From the NCBI GenBank assembly GCA_951406725.2, contig OX597816.1:98890001-98954000 (forward strand): a stretch of 64,000 bases of DNA, written 5' to 3'. Position 1 is the first letter of the stretch. The number at the start of each line of letters is the position of its first letter. This DNA is from Octopus vulgaris (lineage: Eukaryota). A model generated the notes under the pieces. That model had not been told where the DNA came from, ran no database searches, and worked only from the letters and a program-made list of their open reading frames with translations. Of the stretch, positions 53,651-64,000 are shown piece by piece. The position numbers and the translations under genes were made by a program.

Positions 53651-54014
53651 CAATTAAGAGGGACAACAAGGTGTTTGAACACACAGGTGTTCAACACTTT
53701 TCAACACTTGATAGCACGCAAAAATACCACTAACCGTGATAATCAGCACAGAATGAGAAGAAAGAATGACAGGCTGGTAAATTTGTGCGTCTTTTATACC
53801 TGATGAGTCAACCTTTTGCACGTGCATCATGCTTTTCATAAAGATACATTTGCAAACGTTACCATATCCTCGAAAAGTGAGCAAGTTCGAACCCTATATG
53901 CAAACCATGTGTTTCCAAATGAGAATGGTGATGTGGGTCAGTGACATCTTCCTGGTGTCACATTACCTAGGAACGTGATAAAAACCCAAATAATCTCAAT
54001 ATACATCTAAAAGC

Positions 54015-54382
54015 GGCTATAGTGGAGCACTGGCTTGAAGGATTTTAATCGAATACATCGTCCCCGGGACGTATTATTAAAGCCTAGCACTTATTCTATC
54101 GAACACTTTTGCCGAACGGGGAAGGGGCGTAAATGCACCAACACCGGTTGTCAAACGGTGATGGGAGGACAATTACAGACATATACTCATAGGTATGTAC
54201 ATAAATAGTTATATATTTACAACGGGCTTCTTTCAGTTTCCGTCTACCAAATCCACTCACATAGCCTTCGTCCGCCCAAACCTATAGTGGAAGACACCTA
54301 CCCAACGTGAAACGCAGTGGGACAGAACCCGGAACCTTTTGATTGGGAAGGAAGCTTCTTACCACACCACCACGCGTGTGCC
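54015..54382 (-). mobile_element. SINE family C
   Basis: ACGGGCTTCTTTCAGTTTCCGTCTACCAAATCCACTCAC...GAAGACACCTACCCAA...CAGTGGGACAGAACCCGGAACC (reverse B box). Confidence 0.85.
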
Positions 54383-54433
<51 letters not shown>

Positions 54434-54519
54434 ATGTATCTATATAGTGGTTGTCTACTCCTTATGCAGAATTTGACCACCTCCTGTACGTACAACTTAG
54501 AATCATCATGGCATCTGAT

Positions 54520-54790
54520 GTGGTTTTCTTAAACTAGCCAATGTTCTGAAAAGACACCCACATAGATTGCATATACGATTTGAGCCACCAAGAGCTGCAG
54601 ATAAGTTCTGATCTTAAAGTGTATTTTGAGGTCTCTGTTATATTTGCAAACCTTCTGGCATACATTGTTGGTGGAGGTTCGTTTTCCATGCGCTCGCAAA
54701 CGGAATTTCAGCCCAGCAAAAGTAAGGTATGGTCTGTCACAAACTGCACAAACGAAAAGGGCATTGTGATTCACCTTCTCAACCGTAACA
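54520..54790 (-). pseudogene. Three degenerate C2H2 zinc-finger motifs
   Basis: FVCAVCDRPYLTFAGLKFRLRAH, NVCQKVCKYNRDLKIHFKI and (shifted frame) ICNLCGCLFRTLASLRKPH. Confidence 0.6.
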
Positions 54791-55170
54791 TTCCTCTTAC
54801 ATACATACATACATACATATATACGTACATACATACATATATACTTATATGCATGCATGCATACATACATACATGCATACATACATACATGCATACACAC
54901 ATACATACACACATACATATATGCATACATATACATTGTAAATGCCTTAATAACAATCTGGATAAACTAGAGTTGTTAGGAAAAGGAATTCAAGCAACGA
55001 ATATGCATCTTCTAAATACAATCTGTAGGTGGAACAGTAAACATATGTAAAACTTTTCCCAAGTTGGTAATATGATGTTTTTGTAATCCACATTCTCAAA
55101 ATGGAGCTTTGTATCTTTGTTAAATCCAACAATTTCCTCAAAAAAAGAATTTAAATAATGAAAAATAGAA

Positions 55171-55500
55171 CACACACATACATACATACATACATACATA
55201 CATACATACATACATACATACATACATACATACATACATACAAGCATGCATACATACATACAAACATACATGCATGCTTACATACATACATATATGCATA
55301 CATACATATATACATACATGCAGGCACACACATAGATATATACATGCACGCATACATACATACATACATACATACATACATACATACATACATACATACA
55401 TGCATGCATGCATGCATACATACATACATACATACATACATACATACATACATACATACATACATACATACATACATACATACATACATACATACATACA
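55171..55500. repeat. (TACA)n microsatellite
   Basis: Direct reading; source of the MYVC/HTYI ORFs. Confidence 0.96.
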
Positions 55501-58500
55501 TTCTTATATACCTACATACGTATATACATTCACAAATACCAATTTTGCAAGTGTTCTCCTGCTTTTGAAATTGTAATATGGTATCTTATATCTTTTAAGT
55601 CAATTACGTGTTCAGGAAGATAGGGAAGCATACATAAGTTATATTTAAAGAAAGGGCGAAGTGAAAATGGAGAGAGATATAATTATATATAAAAGTACAA
55701 CTGAAAAGTAAGTTATATTTACTTTTCTTATCTAATTGTTAAACAAGGTGTTTGAGATTGATTTAATTATTTGTAAAGTGATTACCTATGATGTAATTAG
55801 CTAGATTCTAAGATCAACATTGAAATGAGAAGCGCAGTTTTCCAACCAAGAAGGTTAGTAGATGAGTGTAGAAGCTCCAGCACAACACATATTACGGAGA
55901 ATGCCAGGAGTATCTCGAAGAGCATGGAAGCACATAGTTGGGAATGGTGAAATAAGAAATCCTCTTTGCTCTAATAGCATCAGACCATGGTAAATACCAT
56001 AAGCATAAAGGTCGTAACAACAGAGCTGATAGATTTCACTGATAACAAAATACTGTTAAAATGTATACCACACTACAACCGGCAACACGCTGGTGTATAA
56101 AACGCACGTCTGTATTCATTGTGCTGGTGCAGAGCTAAATATTTTACGTGAGAAGACTTGGTAGGGATGATCAGTGCACAAAAGCATCATTTCGTTGAGT
56201 TAATGGAATAAAAGATGAAGTGCCATTAAATTCTAATTCGTTCTCTGCCATCTTATAAATAAATAACACAGATGAACAATATACTCTCGCACTGATGCTC
56301 CTAAATGCTCCTACACGCAAACGCACGTTCGCGCGCGCTTACATACACACATTCCAGTTAGGATTGTAAAACATAACCTAATGAAAGTTATAAAGAAATA
56401 AACGTTTACCACCCATATTATTCTCAAGTTCCATGTCATATGCATACATATGGGCAAGTGTCCACACACACACCCACACACCCACACACACACACACCCA
56501 TGCGCACGCACAGCTGAATGAGTGTTAATTGGTTAAAATTTTATAAATTAACAAAAAACTAAAGAAGTGAACTTGAAACCCATTCTTTTGTTTATTTAGA
56601 CATTGTGATCGTCTCAAGATGCAGCAAAATCAATTTTAGGACACGTGTTTGCATCAGTAATCTTGCAAATCAAATACAAAAAGGACGTAGTTAAATATTA
56701 TTCTTCGAATATACATAATGTGACTCAGAAAGTCATTCGCGTTTTTTAAAATATCCAATCCTTTGTTTTGATAGCCCGCTCAAAATATTCTGAAGCATCC
56801 AAAAGTCCATATATTATCTTTCATAATATGAGGTTTATATGTAACTATGACATGGAAATTAGAACACTATTCTTTTCCAAATGTTACTCTAGCATCAGTA
56901 AGACTTCTAAAGTCCGTATTAAGCGATATGATGGAATATCATTCACTTGTCCTTTTTCTTAAGTGCTATTCAGAATTAGTATCATTTTGTAAATATAAAC
57001 TCTTCAGAGATTGTCTTTCAAACAAAATCATTGGCTAATGAATCTTCTTTATTTTGTTTCATTAGACTGTACAACTTTTTATCTAAATCCTACTGCAATC
57101 CTCTTAATAGTTTTAATTCACCCGTATTTTCTAGATTCTCGTGTTTTAATACCGATAAGCCGTAACTATCCCCCTGCACATTTACAATTTTCATTTCACT
57201 TCACTCTCTCTATTATACTATATCATTTTCCTTTTACGCGCTCTCACTCAACTTCTTTCCGTTGTTTTGTTTTGTCGGAATCCGACTTAATATTGTATCT
57301 GCACGTTTCACAATATTCACATATTTTAAAATGTTTATCATATAAACTGCACAAATTTATCACAAATTAACTGCACAAATTTATCAACGAAAATTACTCT
57401 ACATTTTACACTATATTTTTTAACAAAAACATTTAACGACCATCTTATCATAGCAAGACCACGCCTTAATTGATTGCCCCTTTCCAAACTGTTTTCTAAA
57501 TACTAGAAACAATCAAATTTCTCACAATATTTCAAATTTACCAGTCAAGATAACCTCGGCACCTCTCCCTTAGAATTTATTTTTATCTCACACTCATATT
57601 AACATCACTCACTCCATGAACCCCCCTCGCTCTCTTTCTCGTTCTCTTTCTCCCGTCTTTCTCTTGCCTTCTCTCTCTCTCTCTACATCTATCTATTTCT
57701 GTTTGTTTGTACTTCTCGTTCTCACACACATTCTCTCTCTCCCTTTCCCTCTTCTTCCCATCCCACTTTCTCTCTTCTCTTTCTCTTTCTTTCTCTCCCT
57801 CCCTCCCTCTCTCCCCTTCTTTCTCATAGATTAAGTTTAAAAATGCAATTTTTTCCAATGTTTTCAATAACACTCTGAAAACTCTAGAACAAATAATTCT
57901 AAACTTTTACAAGTGTAATGAACTGACTTAGTATGTTTACACGTATCTACATGTCTGAATATTCCTCATGCATATTAGAACTGGTAACAAGTTTACATTT
58001 GTACATATTATAAGATATACATATCTCTTGCCAGTTCTCAGAGTCTGGCTTTCCGATTTCTACTGCTGGGAGGAGATAACCACCACATGTCTCCACCAAT
58101 TTGGTTAGGGAACGGTCCGAAATGACTGACTGTGTTTACCCCTATCTCTATACAATAATACATTTTCTCCATAACAAAACAGAAAATGACATTCTTACAG
58201 GTTCAAATATACCTGAAGCACATTTGAACTAGAAAACAGTTTGTATAATTACAACTCAGTGCTTAGCGCTTTCTTTCCGTATATAAATTTACAAACTCTC
58301 TCTTTCTCTTATTGTAACCTTAATTAAACATGAACAGGCTTTCCAGACGCTACAATTACTATGGTACACTATCACTGAGGAACACTCCTCGATAGTGCAC
58401 ATCTTCACTACAACAACTACCGGATCTGAATGAGTGATATTACTCTTCAGAGTACAAAAATTCTTTGACTGATAACAGCATGGAAACACTGACCGCATAA

Positions 58501-59064
58501 TTAAAAAAAAGGGTACAGGTAAGATTGGAAAAATACTTCCTTCTTTCTCTACCAGATTTGCTTGAGCTCACGTCTTTGAGATTGCATGATTTTCGCCACA
58601 GCCTCTTGCGCAAAATAGAATTACACCTATGTTCCATAAATGTATTAATTATATTTCATTGGAAGTTAGACTGAATATCTCATATCATTTACAGGGCATA
58701 CCCAATTGCTATGGTTAAAGCGGATAATGTTTAGTCACATTTTCGGCAGTAAAACTGTGCATAGGGAGTGGGCACAGATTCATTGTGATATTGTGAAATT
58801 GGTGGCAGAAGCCCTAGCAGAGAAGGTGTGGCGGTGTGATACAGTGGAAGTTCCAATCATATTACTATCTTTGTTAACCTAAAGGGAAACCTACACTTGG
58901 GTAAGACTCCAGCTGAAGCAGAGAATCAAATACATATTGATTCCACTGACTTGCAAACATAATTTGTTATCGCACGCTGTGCAGTTTTCATTCTGTTGAT
59001 AAGCAATCCAAGCAGTTCAAGCTCCGTATATAGTGTGTATCATATATACACATATGTATACATG

Positions 59065-59131
<67 letters not shown>

Positions 59132-60579
59132 GTATGTATGTGTATGTTCAATAATATTGAATATATCAGTTGGATACAAGATACATTTTATAATATATTA
59201 AATTTTCGATCTTACTCAGGCCAGATCAGCTCTGATCCTGCAGACTTGTGATCAAAGACTTTCCAACTGTGACTGGCTCATTTCTTATTCAGAAAGTGTG
59301 TATTTATTTATATGTATTTATATACAACTCTATTTAACCTGACTTATAAATACGAAGTTCATTTAATGATTTTTGTTGGATGAAGTACTTTCTGTTAATA
59401 TGATTACACTTCTAGGATGAAGCAAACTACTGACATAACCCCCACTTCCTAAAGCATATTAATACCATTAATGTTCACACAGTAATGTATTTAATGCCCA
59501 TTAATATTGATAGATTGTTTGTTTATGATTACCATTAGAGAATTGTATGAAAAATAGATTGTGACTTTCTCAACGTCTGGGTAAGAATGTTGGCGCATGG
59601 TAATAACGATAAAACATAAAACATACTGCTGATACGAATTATTAAAGGAGGGAAAAGAAAAATGGCAGACATTATGCAAAGGAAAGGTATCGGGTGATCT
59701 TTTGGAAATTATAGGTACCGATCGAATGAAAAATTTATACATTCCGTAAATGTTTTTGTTGTCTGTATGAAATTAAGCCACACTCTTTTTGATTGATTCT
59801 TTGTGATATATCTATAAATGTGCTTTCTTTTAACATAGCTTCAATATATCAGACTCCTCTGTTTTAAAAAACAGTTGGCTCTTCTGTTATCAACGATGTA
59901 GATGGGAAGTTTCCAGTACAGTCTACGTCTATTCAGGGTTACCATTAAAAAATCTATATAGAATTAAAAGTGTAAGAGTATATAATGTATTATGGCCAGA
60001 TTCAAGGGAATTATATAGTATTTGTCACACTACATTAACTAGAACAAGTTCGTTTCGTTGCGTTTCTACCTCATAACATATGCTTTCATATTATTGCATT
60101 TTGTATTTCTACGGTAACATATTCTGCTACGAAGTGCGAAAATTCCCACAGCTCCATGCACATGCAATATTCTGTTGCAGTTCTGAGATAATTATGCTTA
60201 AATTTTTTTAATAAACTACTACTGATTTCTGATCATGTATTTAGCAATATAGCAGTACAGCAAGAACCAATAATTTTCCAAAAATATGTTAATACATAGA
60301 CAGCTGCAACATGAAAACATGAGAATGAGATGCAAAAACATGGATATTCGTTGTCAGTAATATTACACCATCAAACGTTCAATTGCATTAGGCTTGATAA
60401 ACATAAAGCGGTCTCTTCAAATACTCTATTGGTAATTGATATAATTTATGATTTAATTGTAGGGAAAATTTTAATCTAATGTATGAAAGTATTGGATTAT
60501 GATATTTAAATTTCTAATCATAAAAAAAATCTATAATTCAACAAATCTGAAAAGTGGTGAGTTACATACTGGTTCAATC

Positions 60580-60715
60580 TTTATTCCTTTCTGTTGAAGA
60601 ATGTTGGCTCGAAACATAAAAGACTTTTTCCTTTTCCCGAATGTCAAACTAACGCGCCTGCTAGCTGTTCATACAGCTGTCTTTGTCTTTTGTTTCTCTC
60701 TAGAAATTTCAACTA
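60580..60715 (+). mobile_element. Solo PLE 3' terminus with hammerhead-like motif
   Basis: CTTT-CTGTTGAA-GAATGTTGGCTC-GAAACATA-AAAG...AATTTCAACTATATA; homologous to 44831-44960 (minus). Confidence 0.6.
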
Positions 60716-60751
60716 TATATGTATATATATGTGCGTGTGTGTGTGTGTGTG

Positions 60752-61320
60752 TACAGTTTGCGATGGGTAAATTATCGCTATTTATATTTTGAATTTCGTG
60801 CATGTACATTTTTTAGTTTTGATTTTGTCGACTGCACAGTGTAGTTGGGCACCGTCTGTGAGAAAAACAGGACCATGACGCTATTCATTCTGCCAGAAAT
60901 TTTGCAACGGCATGCTGTACTGCTTGACACTCGCGCTGGAAGCCTCAGTACGAAACTTCGAGGACATGTACTTAGAGTGATAAAAATATAACATTCAGTC
61001 AACTTCATTGTGTTTGGAGTGATCACTAGCGATGGTGATGTTATGCTTCCATTCATTTTACCACACGGCCTCAGACTCACCGCTGAAGCCCCCATGAAGT
61101 GCCTGGGTCAAGAGGGTGGCAGCTGGAAGACCCTGTGTCTGGCAAGAGGACTCTGCACCTTGCCACACAAGTCGGAGAACCCAGTCACGGCTGTCAGACA
61201 ATTTCTGAGTGGGATGCAGTAGAACAAGAAACCGATAAAACTCCTTGTAACACCAAAGATGAACGGAAGACAAGGATTATGGCAGCATTCACAACTTAAG
61301 AAGATGACCGTCCAGAAATG
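60752..61320 (+). mobile_element. Deleted Tc1/mariner (DD37D/maT-like) element
   Basis: TA|CAGT start, VFGVITSDGDVMLPFILPHGLRL and downstream WQEDSAPCHTSRRTQSRLSDNF. Confidence 0.75.
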
Positions 61321-61818
61321 GATCATCGTAAAGTGAACTGGCTAGTTGGAATCTACTTGTAGCTCCTGAAAATTGAAACCGTTTCTCTAAATACAAAACA
61401 GTGCAGTAGTTTTTCTGCCTGTCATAGTGTAATGATGCTTAGTTATGTTAATCGCTTAATATTCACGAGAAGACAAAACATTATGTGATGACGCAAAATG
61501 CTATTCTGACAAGTGACTTAACACCAACAATATTTTGAATATTGCAAGTGGCAGAAAAACGTTTTAATGTGCAATTGTAAAAGTAAACTTTTAACTTTTC
61601 ACTGTAGGACATTGCTTAATCTTAAATAATAATATATTTCATGATTTAATATAATCTGAAGTTTGCATTTCTTATAGTTGAATAATATCCATTTTAATCT
61701 CTCTTCGTCGCATGGACTTCGTTGTTAGAACTACTGTTTAATTTGCAAATTTCAATCTGAAAGTACTTTAAGCGCAAATTGAAACAACTTTCAGTCAATA
61801 TCCACTACTTATTATTTT

Positions 61819-61950
61819 ATGGTGATCTTGTAACACCCATTGAATAAAATATATATATGTATATCTATATATGCAAATAATTTATATGACGATCTTGTAA
61901 CACCCATTATATAAAATATATGATATATCTCTATATCATCAAATAATTTA
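61819..61950. repeat. Imperfect tandem duplication, ~66 bp x 2
   Basis: GATCTTGTAACACCCATT...ATAAAATATAT...CAAATAATTTA occurs twice. Confidence 0.8.
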
Positions 61951-62231
61951 ATTATTTTTTTTATATCCGCATGTTGAAAACCCCAGAATTGAATGCAATT
62001 CTTTTACAATTTAAGCTTGAAGAATGAAGATTAGTCTTTCTACTAAAATGCGATATTTATTCTATACCAGATTAGCAGCCGCACTCCGTGCGGACTTTTA
62101 GCCTATCTCTTTTGGCCCAAGGCTGAAGAGAATTAAATAGCATGACTATCAGATCGTATTGCCTGATGTTGAAGAACCAGATGAAGGGCAAATGTTCAAT
62201 CCGGGGGTCATCCTGATCCCCAAAAGGCAGA

Positions 62232-62452
62232 AGTTTGCTTTTCAAACCAGCAGAACCATTAGCACGCCGGACGAAATGCTTACCATTATTTTGTCCGCCG
62301 CTACGTTCTGAGTACAAATCCTGCCGAGGTCTACTTTTCCTTTCATCCTTTTAGGGTCGATGAATTAAGTGCCAGTGAAACACTGGGGGTTGATGTAATC
62401 GGTTCAGCCCTCCCCCAAAGTGGTTGCTCCTGTAGCTAAATTTGAAGACATT
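62232..62452 (+). mobile_element. SINE family A
   Basis: CAGAACCATTAGCACGCCGGACGAAATGCTTA...ACGTTCTGAGTACAAAT...GCCGAGGTC...TTTCATCCTTT..GGGTCGAT. Confidence 0.8.
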
Positions 62453-62894
62453 AATATAAATGACATTATATTACTGGCCTTTCTCTAATCAGATTTGCAC
62501 TACAGTTATTACAAGGCCATACAGCAAAAAAAAATGGAACAATCATAATTTTGGCCTAGGTGAGAAAAGGCAAAATCGAAGTTACATTATAGAATGCAAG
62601 TTGCAAATATACTACGCTAGGATTTACATACATATATTTTCGTTTCTGCCGTAAAATTTAATATTCTCTACCATCTGCACTATTATGAATATATTCATTT
62701 ACACACGGAATTGTATTCGTACAAAGTTACATAGTCCCTCTTCCTTTCTTACTCAGCCTGCTGTAGCCATTGTGGACTAGATTAAGATCATTTATGCAAA
62801 TACTTCAAGCCAGCGGGTTGTTCACCACTAAGTTATGTCATTTTTCTTCTATGGAACTGAGGTAATGTCCTTAAATGTTCATGATTGATCGGTA

Positions 62895-63070
62895 GCCACT
62901 AAACACATTTCTTTCTCTACTTGTTTCTTTTTGTGCTCCTTTCTGTGGAAGAGCGTAGGCTCGAAACGTAAAAGACTTTTTCAATTCCCGAGCGTTATAG
63001 TAATACATATGTTTGTCTTCTACACCAACTGTCTTCGTCTTTTGTTTTTTTTTCGTGAATTCTCCCTATA
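62895..63070 (+). mobile_element. Solo PLE 3' terminus with hammerhead-like motif
   Basis: CTTT-CTGTGGAA-GAGC-GTAG-GCTC-GAAA-CGTA-AAAG, followed ~100 bp later by (TA)n; same family as 60580 and 44831. Confidence 0.65.
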
Positions 63071-63071
63071 C

Positions 63072-63112
<41 letters not shown>

Positions 63113-63371
63113 CATACATATATGTGTGTGTCTGTGTACATGTACTCACACATAAATATATATCTACACGTGTGTGTGCTCGTGCCGTGTATGTATGTGC
63201 GTATTATTGCATATATTGTCTAACCTTTATACATATCAGTCGACAATGACTAAAGTATCACTAAGTAATTTGAGAAAAAATACAAACATAGTTAATTACA
63301 TTAAATAATGTATGTTCAATAACGTGAAATTCTGATTAGCATGCAGAATAATACAGAAATTTCTTAAATCT

Positions 63372-64000
63372 CTGCTCGGGCACTACGCATATACATGTTA
63401 TATAGATTCAAGCCCTCTTGCATGACCTTCAAAACCGCACCCCTAAATTATTATGAATCAGAGAGTTCTGAATCTCATTACATTTGTTGTAAAACGTTTC
63501 TTCAAATTTTGGATTGTGGTCATTTGAGAGTAACGCGGTAACCTTTTTCCTGCACAGTCAGTGTAGTACTAAAACCTGAGTTTCTGATCTCTCTGGAGTG
63601 TAGAGAAGTCAGTGTCAGTGTATTATTATATGAATGCATATTTTCTCAGAAACTATTTCCTGTAAGAACAACATCGAAGTACCTAAGAATATTTTGTGGA
63701 GGAGGATGCAGTTTTTCCAGTTTCACCTTCCATTCAAAGTAAGTCGGAGCCTCCGATTCAGCAGGCCACCTGCAGGCTTTGTTGAGTTAACGAACCTTGT
63801 CGAAGAGATTCCCTGCACCATCTGATTGTATAACATGCAGGAAAAAGTTTGCCGCATTACCGATTCATTACTTTCAAATGACCACAATCCAAAATTTGAA
63901 GAAACGTTCTACAGCAAAGGTAATGCACTATGATTCATTATAATTTAATGGTGCAATTTTGAAGGCCATACAACATGTACATACGTAGCGTCCGAGCGGT
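63372..64000. mobile_element. Foldback/MITE-like element with long diverged inverted repeats (runs off the window edge)
   Basis: 63372-63554 is an imperfect reverse complement of 63836-64000, e.g. AACGTTTCTTCAAATTTTGGATTGTGGTCATTTGA / TCAAATGACCACAATCCAAAATTTGAAGAAACGTT. Confidence 0.75.

Noticed and set aside
58289-58637. Minus-strand ORFs vaguely resembling a GPCR loop/TM6, and a plus-strand CAG|GTAAGA donor near 58518
   Set aside because: No diagnostic motif, and all plus-strand frames of the candidate exon contain stops.

Overview
AT-rich, microsatellite-dense eukaryotic DNA with no convincing host protein-coding gene. The SINE, LINE and microsatellite content looks cephalopod (Octopus-like); this is an inference from repeat recognition. 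The main feature is a young, 5'-truncated Penelope-like retroelement (PLE) at 11355-15546, most likely of the Hydra clade. It forms a ~4.2-kb palindrome with two ~1.95-kb near-identical inverted arms. Each arm carries an intact GIY-YIG endonuclease ORF and a type I hammerhead ribozyme motif, the element sits in (TA)n, and only the inverted arm has a 71-bp tail. The same tail + inverted arm + sense arm + hammerhead + (TA)n layout recurs in two miniature non-coding elements at 45915-46100 and 46135-46584, the second with a long stem II hammerhead. A decayed Penelope/Poseidon-type PLE (42665-44430) has a tRNA-like Pol III promoter between its stop codon and its terminal hammerhead. The window also holds a same-orientation pile-up of R4/Dong-like LINE 3' ends in (TAA)n arrays, non-autonomous Helitrons, Tc1/mariner relics, CR1- and Tx1-like LINE fragments, many tRNA-derived SINEs and a 100-N assembly gap (18096-18195). 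All calls are by eye, and boundaries of decayed repeats are approximate.
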